Virus record (IMG/VR): IMGVR_UViG_3300032330_001391
Span: 53,103 to 117,102 of that record
DNA length: 64,000 nucleotides
From: a virus
Taxonomy: Duplodnaviria; Heunggongvirae; Uroviricota; Caudoviricetes
Direction: 5' to 3' (one strand)
In this document: piece after piece, positions 57,349 through 64,000 of the stretch
How positions within the stretch are numbered: the first letter of the stretch is position 1
Layout of the letters: each line of letters starts with the position of its first letter
The notes under the pieces: model-generated
What the model was told of the DNA's origin: nothing
The model's database searches: none
The model's input: only the letters and a program-made list of their open reading frames with translations
Program-made: the position numbers and the translations under genes

Positions 57349-57983
57349 CTATTTGCTTTAGTATAAATTTCAAATTGTGATAAATCTGGATATGGTAGCT
57401 CTAAGTCAGCGTTATGTTTTTTAGTTCCATCTGTATTATAAAATTGATTCATAAGAAGTAATCCACGAGCTGCTAATTCAGGCATCATATAAAAATTCCA
57501 TCCCAACATATCAAAATGATCATCATGATATGAGCATTCATTTCTTCCACTATATCTAGCTCTTTTAAACCACTTGTAAGCATCTTCATCATCAGTTAAA
57601 ATAGCTCCCCCTTTACTTAATTTAAAGTGTTTGTAAGGACCAGTAAAAGATATACACATATGTGTCCCAGGAATATACATGTCTGCAGTAAACGACAATG
57701 CAGAATCCCAAACTCTAGTTGGTTTTAACTGGTATGCTCCTTTTAAAGTAGTTCCAATGACTGATTCAAAATTTATTTTAGCCCCAGCATGGACAATTTC
57801 ACACGGTACTGAAGGGTATGTTCTATTAGGAATAGTAATTTCTATCCCTTTAACTTTTTCATACATTAACGCTAAAAATAGACCATTTGATTGATTATCA
57901 ACGGTTACAACATACTGTGCTCCAGTATAATCTGCTAGCGCTTTTTCAAAATCTTCTGTTATTTTATATATTCCTTGTGCCAT
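57345..57983 (-). CDS. DegT/DnrJ/EryC1-like aminotransferase-fold protein, short (212 aa)
   Basis: N-terminal FEKALADYTGAQYVVTVDNQSNGLFLAL...IPNRTYPSVPCEIVHAGAKINF matches the DegT pattern, but is about 160 aa shorter than typical. Confidence 0.4.
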   Translation of the reverse strand: MAQGIYKITEDFEKALADYTGAQYVVTVDNQSNGLFLALMYEKVKGIEITIPNRTYPSVPCEIVHAGAKINFESVIGTTLKGAYQLKPTRVWDSALSFTADMYIPGTHMCISFTGPYKHFKLSKGGAILTDDEDAYKWFKRARYSGRNECSYHDDHFDMLGWNFYMMPELAARGLLLMNQFYNTDGTKKHNADLELPYPDLSQFEIYTKANR

Positions 57984-57984
57984 A

Positions 57985-58206
57985 TTATTTTTCTTTAAAA
58001 ACTTCTATACATAAAACATTATTATCATTAACCATTATCATACTGCCGTCTTCTTTAAAGAATTTAGTAAATTGACCTTGAGTTATAGATTCAGATTTAA
58101 TGTTATTAAATGTTCTTTTAACTCCTCCTTTAAAATGAATAATTTGAGTTACTGTTTTTCCTTGAAGATTTACAGTTGAGTTTAAATTTAAAAATTCTTT
58201 GCTCAT
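57985..58206 (-). CDS. small hypothetical protein
   Basis: 73-aa ORF. Confidence 0.3.
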   Translation of the reverse strand: MSKEFLNLNSTVNLQGKTVTQIIHFKGGVKRTFNNIKSESITQGQFTKFFKEDGSMIMVNDNNVLCIEVFKEK

Positions 58207-58832
58207 AATGTATTATAGTAATTATTTTGTTGTTCTTGTCTTTCAATTGTTTTTGGGTGATATAAACACCAATGTTCTTCATCTGGAAGATACGAATACG
58301 TTTTAGTACCCTCTACTCGCTCGTGAACTTTATTAATCCATTTTATATTATCGTCTTTACGGTATATTCTTGATTGATAATCAGGAAAATTAACCCATCC
58401 TTTATTATTAATATTCCAACCCCACTGTTTAATATGATCTTGAGTTATACCTTCTACTGTATTAATTCTAGGAACAATAAACATATCAACTGATGGATTT
58501 TGTTCTAATAAATTATGGATATTTAAGATCAAATATTCATGTGGATATTCATCAGCGTCAATATTAAAGATATAATCTCCTGTACAAAGTCTTGTTAGTG
58601 TATTTTTCCAATCAGCAAAATGATTATCAAAAGGTTTTCCTACCCAAACAAATCCTTGTAGATGAGCAATAGACATAGATCGTAAATATTCTTCTACATC
58701 TACTGTTCCATTTTTAGTGTCATATAATACCACTATTTCATCTTGTTCTCGTTTTGAATTTAAAAGTAAAGGTAATAATCTGCTTATTTCATTAAACTCA
58801 TTACAAACGGTAATTGCGTAACTTATTTTCAT
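58203..58832 (-). CDS. family-2 glycosyltransferase
   Basis: 209 aa. ISYAITVCNE opening and DAD-like (NIDADEY) motif typical of GT2. Confidence 0.55.
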   Translation of the reverse strand: MKISYAITVCNEFNEISRLLPLLLNSKREQDEIVVLYDTKNGTVDVEEYLRSMSIAHLQGFVWVGKPFDNHFADWKNTLTRLCTGDYIFNIDADEYPHEYLILNIHNLLEQNPSVDMFIVPRINTVEGITQDHIKQWGWNINNKGWVNFPDYQSRIYRKDDNIKWINKVHERVEGTKTYSYLPDEEHWCLYHPKTIERQEQQNNYYNTL

Positions 58833-59087
58833 TTAGTAAATTTTAATTATATTTCCATCTTTATTTAAAAGACTAGCAAGTTGAAATTTTGAATCGTAAT
58901 GTTTTCTTATAGTATTTACAACATTTCCCATGCCTATAAAACTAACGTATTGGTTAAACCACATATGGAATTCTCCTAAATTAAATTTAAACAATTCATT
59001 AGTATTAAATTCTGTATAGTACTCGTAAAATATACTAATATCAAAATTACCTGTTTTAATCATCTCAATATACTGTTCTCTTTTCAT
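58833..59087 (-). CDS. small hypothetical protein
   Basis: 84-aa ORF with own promoter. Confidence 0.35.
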   Translation of the reverse strand: MKREQYIEMIKTGNFDISIFYEYYTEFNTNELFKFNLGEFHMWFNQYVSFIGMGNVVNTIRKHYDSKFQLASLLNKDGNIIKIY

Positions 59088-59091
59088 ATAC

Positions 59092-59130
59092 CGTAAATAT
59101 ACGATAAAAAATTTAGGTAGCCAAATTTTC
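59092..59130 (-). promoter_or_regulatory. conserved phage promoter inside the glycan island
   Basis: taaatatacgataaaaaatttaggtagccaaatttt, near-identical to the copy at 43728. Confidence 0.5.
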
Positions 59131-59586
59131 TTCTTGAGGGAGGATACCTACAAAACTTAAGGCTTCCATATAGTCTCTTTCTTCAAAATGCTGTATGTTA
59201 TCCATATCCATTCTGAATTTGTAGTACTCACCTGGTTTAGACTTGATTGGGTATTTTTCTTTTTCTTCTTCTAAGACAGGAACTGCTTTCACAGCCGACC
59301 ACTTCCATAAATTAGCTCCTGTACCATTTGCAAATACCATCCCTTGATCAGGAATATTAATAGATGATGGCATCCAAATTTTATTTTCATCGTCTGTATA
59401 GAATAAGTCTTTATACAGTTCAGGTAAAATTTCTTTTTGCTCTTCAAAAAATGTTTCATCTTCTTTCATGAGTGAATTTGTAGTAAATCCACATCCTAAA
59501 CAGTGGTATGATTTCACACCACTGTACGGCTCAGATTCCATACATGCGTCTGAGCCGCATCTTTTACATATTACTAAATTATCCAT
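59113..59586 (-). CDS. hypothetical protein with N-terminal zinc ribbon
   Basis: 157 aa, CKRCGS...CLGC. Confidence 0.35.
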   Translation of the reverse strand: MDNLVICKRCGSDACMESEPYSGVKSYHCLGCGFTTNSLMKEDETFFEEQKEILPELYKDLFYTDDENKIWMPSSINIPDQGMVFANGTGANLWKWSAVKAVPVLEEEKEKYPIKSKPGEYYKFRMDMDNIQHFEERDYMEALSFVGILPQEENLAT

Positions 59587-60888
59587 TTATTCTGCTTTTT
59601 TAAGTTTTGGTAACTCGATTTTTTTAAGTTGAGGTAATTTAAGTTGAACTTGTTTTGGAAACTCAGGAATGTATTGTGTAAATAAAATATCCATTTTTTC
59701 TTTCATTTTATCCCAACTAAACTCCATTTTATTTCTATATGCTTGGCGTTTACCACCATCTATATAGTTTTTATAGTTTTCAAACATATCTTTCATATAA
59801 TGGCCTACTTGACCTTGATCAACAGATAACCATTGACTTTCTTTTAATAACCACTGATTAGCAGCACTTGGATGTACATTAGTCATTTGACCGGGTAACA
59901 TAGTTACAAATTCAGGATTTAAGAAATCAGTGTGACCACTCCAATTAGTTGTGATAATTGGTTTTTTAACTAAACTGAATTCAAGTAATGGACGACCAAA
60001 ACCTTCACCTCTAGTTAAATTAACCATAGCTTTTACTTTAGGATGGTTATATAATTCATTTATTTCTGAATCTGAAAATTCACCATGTAGTAAATAAACA
60101 TTAGGTAAATCTTTTGAATTAACTGTTTTCTTAATTAGTTTAATACGCTTAAGAATTTCTTCCCTATCAACATATGATGAACTAACCATTGATGTTTTTA
60201 AAATAAGTGCTGGTTTGTTCTTTTTGTTTTTAAATATCTCATAAAACGCCTTAATTAGTAGGCCAACGTTTTTGCGGTCTTCACCGATATCGCCTTGAAT
60301 CCAGTGTCCTACGAACAGATAAGCGAAATCTTCCTTGATTGAGTCAAGATTAATATTCTTGATTTGGTTTCGCTCTATTACTTTATACACATCTAAATTA
60401 GCTCCTTCAAATAATACCTCAACAGGTTTTTGAAGCTGTATTGTTCCTTCAATTTGATTTGTTTGTTGATTACGTCTTTCAAATTTACTCTCTTCAAATA
60501 CTTTTTTAGAATGATTAGATGAAACTAAATTTAAGTTCATTCTATTAAGACCCTCAATCCAATCAGGAGCACAGATAGTAGTTTCAATACCTGCTGTTAC
60601 ACCAATATTATATTTTCCTACAGGTTGAAATTCACTTGGTATTGAAATTTGCATCCATATTTCTGGTTGTTTAGGTAATTGATTATCATGTAGTACATGC
60701 TCTACTAAAAATGACCATTCAGGGTTATCTTTACAAAATCCCCAAGGTGTACTTCCCCAACGTTGTGATAATAATTTAACGTTGTATTTATCTGTTTCAA
60801 TAACAGCTTTAATAACATCTCTCGCTCTAGCACCATATCCTGAATAGGTATCAAATGGTGATGAGATTATAAATAATGGTTTACTCAT
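59587..60888 (-). CDS. glycosyltransferase (GT-B fold, GT4-like) candidate
   Basis: 433-aa ORF. C-terminal half has E-x7-E-like GT-B features. Confidence 0.45.
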   Translation of the reverse strand: MSKPLFIISSPFDTYSGYGARARDVIKAVIETDKYNVKLLSQRWGSTPWGFCKDNPEWSFLVEHVLHDNQLPKQPEIWMQISIPSEFQPVGKYNIGVTAGIETTICAPDWIEGLNRMNLNLVSSNHSKKVFEESKFERRNQQTNQIEGTIQLQKPVEVLFEGANLDVYKVIERNQIKNINLDSIKEDFAYLFVGHWIQGDIGEDRKNVGLLIKAFYEIFKNKKNKPALILKTSMVSSSYVDREEILKRIKLIKKTVNSKDLPNVYLLHGEFSDSEINELYNHPKVKAMVNLTRGEGFGRPLLEFSLVKKPIITTNWSGHTDFLNPEFVTMLPGQMTNVHPSAANQWLLKESQWLSVDQGQVGHYMKDMFENYKNYIDGGKRQAYRNKMEFSWDKMKEKMDILFTQYIPEFPKQVQLKLPQLKKIELPKLKKAE

Positions 60889-60900
60889 ATAACTTATTTT

Positions 60901-62334
60901 TTAATATACTAATTTATGGTTTACAGTATTGTCTTTAACTTCATTACAATTTATTAATTCATATTTTTCTCTTGGTTTCCAAGTATCAAACAAAATATCA
61001 AACGCTTCTATCACTCGTTTACCTTGTTCTTCTCCTGTAAATCCAGCTTCTTCTCCAATCGCCCATTCTCTACCTTTCAATCCTATACGTCTTAATTCTT
61101 CTCTACCTAAATTATAAACATTCATAATTTGAGCGGCAGCGTCTTCTGCGGTACATCTATCATCCCAAATATAAGGAGTAACTGGAGAACCTACAATTGA
61201 ACGATTAGTTGGGAATACTGGAAATGCCCATTCACCGCATTCTTTTACAGTACCATTATGGTTAGAAGGAAAATCAGCATCAAAATCAATCCATTTATTT
61301 TCTTTAGAGAAACGCATTTGATCTTGCATTCCACCTGTTACGTTTGCTATAATTGGACGACCAGCTAATATGGCTTCAGTTAAACTTAATCCCCATCCTT
61401 CATTTGAAGTTAATAGTATTTGAGCATCAGAACAATTATATAATAAGTTCATTTCTGCTGTATTGTATCTATTTGTAGAGAAATATACGTTGTATTGGTC
61501 TCCATTAAGAAATAATTCTCTAACAGCTTCTAAATCAGTACCATGTTCACTTACAATTTCAGTATGTAAAACAAAAGCACATTTTTTAGCTTTTTCTGGT
61601 GATAATTGATCTATAAACAATCTGTATGCTAACATAGCATCTGGGATTTGTTTACGTCTAATATTTCGAGAATTAAAAAATAATACAAAATCATATTCTT
61701 TATTTCCAAATAAATTTCTTTTAAATTGAACTAAACTAGGATCTTTTTCATCAAGCGGTTTCATAAGCTCATGATTTAAACCATGAGGTACATACTTAAT
61801 AATTCTATTTTTAGCTTTATCGCCTAATACTAATTTATTAATATTAACAGTTTGTTTTGAGATACCCATCAATAAATCACAGGCTTCATAAAATGCTCTG
61901 TTATATAATGGTGCCGGATAATCATCCCAAATGTTTAAATAAGCAATAGGAATTTTCTTTCTTATTTCATTTTCAATCTGGAAAATATGAATGAAATAAC
62001 GTGGATCAGTGATTAACATCAATGCATCTGGTTTTTCAATTTCAATTAATTGTCTAATTAATTCTTGACTACCATATCCACTTACTGGGTAAAGCATAAC
62101 GTTTGAATCTGTCAAACCGGTTGTAGTGTTGGTATCTTGAGATAAATCAAATCGTTTACCTTCATCTGGGTGCTGTATTGATCCTCCAATTGTGACCCAA
62201 TTAAAATGTTGTGCTGTATGTAGGACAATTTCTCTTCCTACAGTTGCTACTCCACTATGAACACGAATGTCATCTGTGATTAGCATTATTTTTTTCCTCT
62301 TTTCTGGAGGTAAATACGAAAACGTTGAATTCAT
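60901..62334 (-). CDS. glycosyltransferase (GT-B fold) candidate
   Basis: 477-aa ORF. Confidence 0.45.
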   Translation of the reverse strand: MNSTFSYLPPEKRKKIMLITDDIRVHSGVATVGREIVLHTAQHFNWVTIGGSIQHPDEGKRFDLSQDTNTTTGLTDSNVMLYPVSGYGSQELIRQLIEIEKPDALMLITDPRYFIHIFQIENEIRKKIPIAYLNIWDDYPAPLYNRAFYEACDLLMGISKQTVNINKLVLGDKAKNRIIKYVPHGLNHELMKPLDEKDPSLVQFKRNLFGNKEYDFVLFFNSRNIRRKQIPDAMLAYRLFIDQLSPEKAKKCAFVLHTEIVSEHGTDLEAVRELFLNGDQYNVYFSTNRYNTAEMNLLYNCSDAQILLTSNEGWGLSLTEAILAGRPIIANVTGGMQDQMRFSKENKWIDFDADFPSNHNGTVKECGEWAFPVFPTNRSIVGSPVTPYIWDDRCTAEDAAAQIMNVYNLGREELRRIGLKGREWAIGEEAGFTGEEQGKRVIEAFDILFDTWKPREKYELINCNEVKDNTVNHKLVY

Positions 62335-62356
62335 ATAACTTATTTTAATTTAATTT

Positions 62357-62554
62357 TTAATTTTTTTCTGATTTAATTTCAATGTTAGTGTGATTATGTA
62401 ATTGCTTTCGAAACTCCGGATCTGTTACATATAGATGCATTGCTCTGTCTGCTAATTTCTGAAATGAGAATTTGTATTTAACACATGAAATACGAAACTC
62501 ATCCCATATTGTGCTACTAATTTTAACACTGGTTAATACTTGTGTATCTTTCAT
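62357..62554 (-). CDS. small hypothetical protein
   Basis: ORF track gives 62357..62722, overlapping the nuclease gene. Internal Met (MKDTQVL) is the likely start. Confidence 0.3.
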   Translation of the reverse strand: MKDTQVLTSVKISSTIWDEFRISCVKYKFSFQKLADRAMHLYVTDPEFRKQLHNHTNIEIKSEKN

Positions 62555-62594
62555 AGGTTTAATTTTATATTGTTGTATATAAATATATGCTAAT

Positions 62595-63545
62595 TTATGA
62601 AGACACCCCCTTATCACAAAATTCTTTTTTATTAAAGGGACAGTATAAACAGTTATCACGGCTTGGATTAACAGCATAATGGTTATCTTTGTGTTTACCA
62701 TTTTCATTAAACGCTTCTTCAATAAAGTCAGTAACCGCTTTTGTTGCTTTACTTAGTTTAATCTTACCACTAGCCGGAGAGAATATTTGTATACGTTTTT
62801 GAGCAAATTCTGATTCTTCCCATATTTTTCTTTTAACAATAAAGAATTCAACTTGAATATTATCTACAGGAATATCATATATCTGACTAAAATACTGTTT
62901 GTACAGTATAAGTTGGAATTGTTTTAGTTCATCTTTTTTAGCTTTATCATTCCATCCTCGAGTACTAGTTTTAATATCTATAATCTTGATAGTGTGTGTA
63001 GCTTCATGATATAATACTAAGTCTAAATAACCTTTATAAATTACATTTTTATATTTAGGATGAGGAGCGAGTTGAATAGGCACTTCACATCCTACTAGAT
63101 ACCAATCTTTCTTACTAAAGTATGCTCCTTTTTTCTTTTTAAAGAAATCTAAAATAGCTAAACCGTCTTCATAAAATTCTCTTAGTTCAATTGGATTACT
63201 AAAATGTATATTTTTATTTGACTCATATTCTTTTCTATATACTTCTCCTAATTTGTCTTGAAAATATGATTCTATATCAATCCTATCAGCTTCAGCTCCA
63301 CTTATTTCATACATCACAGTAATATAATGCTGTAACGTTTCATGTAACGCTGTTCCAAACACCGCATGAACAGAAGGTCCAGAGATATAATTACCATCTT
63401 TATATTGTAGTTCCCATTTTTTAGGACAAGAACGAAATATAGACATTTGACTATAAGATATAGTTTTCATGTAACTGTAATCCATTTCTGGAAATTCATG
63501 TGTTTGAATTTCTTTTATTAGTCCTGGTATTTTCTTTTTGCTCAA
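62595..63545 (-). CDS. PD-(D/E)XK nuclease, Cas4/RecB-like with C-terminal Cys cluster
   Basis: 316 aa. GYLDLVLY...IIDIKTS (D...D/E-x-K) core, N-terminal Cys (FRSCPKKW) and C-terminal CLYCPF...C cluster. Confidence 0.5.
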   Translation of the reverse strand: MSKKKIPGLIKEIQTHEFPEMDYSYMKTISYSQMSIFRSCPKKWELQYKDGNYISGPSVHAVFGTALHETLQHYITVMYEISGAEADRIDIESYFQDKLGEVYRKEYESNKNIHFSNPIELREFYEDGLAILDFFKKKKGAYFSKKDWYLVGCEVPIQLAPHPKYKNVIYKGYLDLVLYHEATHTIKIIDIKTSTRGWNDKAKKDELKQFQLILYKQYFSQIYDIPVDNIQVEFFIVKRKIWEESEFAQKRIQIFSPASGKIKLSKATKAVTDFIEEAFNENGKHKDNHYAVNPSRDNCLYCPFNKKEFCDKGVSS

Positions 63546-63549
63546 AATA

Positions 63550-63915
63550 TTATTTCCATTTATTTCTTAAAACTAGCATTGCTATAATTCCGTAATTAGC
63601 TAAATCAATAAAACTGTCTATCATTGACTCGCCCTCTACATAATTTTGTCCGTTACGTTTGATTAAATTTTTTAACCTATTAATTTTATCATTACATCGT
63701 AACCAAATCCCCATTGTTGATAATTTAATATCTTCTTCATTTTCTAAAGTTGATCCTAAAGCAACGTTTTGTAATCCATAATCAAGCATTTTTTTAGCAA
63801 AAAGTTCATATTGTTCTGCTTGAATTTGTTTAAAACTCTCAGCTAAAGAAGGATATGTTTGTTCAAAATCGTTAATTGCTTTTTCCTTTCCAGAATCTAG
63901 TTTATTTTTTCTCAT
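63550..63915 (-). CDS. hypothetical protein
   Basis: 121-aa ORF. Confidence 0.35.
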   Translation of the reverse strand: MRKNKLDSGKEKAINDFEQTYPSLAESFKQIQAEQYELFAKKMLDYGLQNVALGSTLENEEDIKLSTMGIWLRCNDKINRLKNLIKRNGQNYVEGESMIDSFIDLANYGIIAMLVLRNKWK

Positions 63916-64000
63916 AATATTAAATCTTTTAATAATTTTTTCTGTTCTTTTTCATCTACCCCATGCTTAGTCAAAATACTTATAACACCATCTTTACCTA
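63912..64000 (-). CDS. C-terminal fragment of a gene entering from beyond the window end
   Basis: Open frame ...GKDGVISILTKHGVDEKEQKKLLKDLIL* ending in a TGA that overlaps the ATG of 63550..63915. Confidence 0.35.
   Translation of the reverse strand, partial: GKDGVISILTKHGVDEKEQKKLLKDLIL

Overview
This 64-kb window reads as part of a large, AT-rich, tailed dsDNA bacteriophage genome. Every gene I can support lies on the minus strand, in about 110 tightly packed ORFs, many with overlapping ATGA junctions. The host is probably a Bacteroidetes/Flavobacteriia bacterium. I infer this from about 22 copies of a conserved intergenic motif whose reverse complement is TTTGG(C/T)TACCC-N-TATATTTAGTT, which matches the Bacteroidetes sigmaA -33 TTTG / -7 TAnnTTTG promoter architecture.

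Layout by coordinate:
- 0.2-14 kb: late/virion module with very large Ser/Thr/Asn/Gly/Tyr-rich fiber/baseplate proteins plus gp25-like and gp6/J-like baseplate wedge proteins.
- 14-19.5 kb: HD phosphohydrolase; a four-gene minus-strand tRNA/tRNA-like cluster, two members of which are aberrant; a T5orf172 protein; a ClpP-like protease; K/R-rich proteins.
- 19.5-19.9 kb: a 426-bp GC-richer noncoding region dense with palindromes.
- 20-28.5 kb: an early-gene array of small, often very acidic proteins, each behind its own conserved promoter. It also carries a three-member paralog family, two more tRNAs and an ATP-dependent DNA ligase.
- 28.9-31.6 kb: a segmentally duplicated mosaic family with a 121-bp identical repeat.
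- 31.6-46 kb: SPFH lipoprotein, lysis genes (NlpC/P60 plus small transmembrane proteins), a thymidylate synthase-family enzyme with two insertions, two metallophosphoesterases, an Rnl2-like RNA ligase and an HNH endonuclease.
- 46-62.3 kb: a roughly 16-kb nucleotide-sugar/glycan biosynthesis island. It holds a Gmd-like 4,6-dehydratase, two SDR epimerase/reductases, an RmlC-like cupin, a split transketolase-like pair, a GHMP sugar kinase, methyltransferases, a DegT-like fragment and GT2/GT4-like glycosyltransferases.
- 62.3-64 kb: a PD-(D/E)XK Cas4-like nuclease.

The most unusual content is the phage-borne glycan/deoxy-sugar biosynthesis island, a possible RNA repair set (Rnl2-like ligase + phosphoesterase + tRNAs), and the aberrant tRNA-like genes. 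All annotation is from reading the sequence and remembered family motifs; no searches were run.
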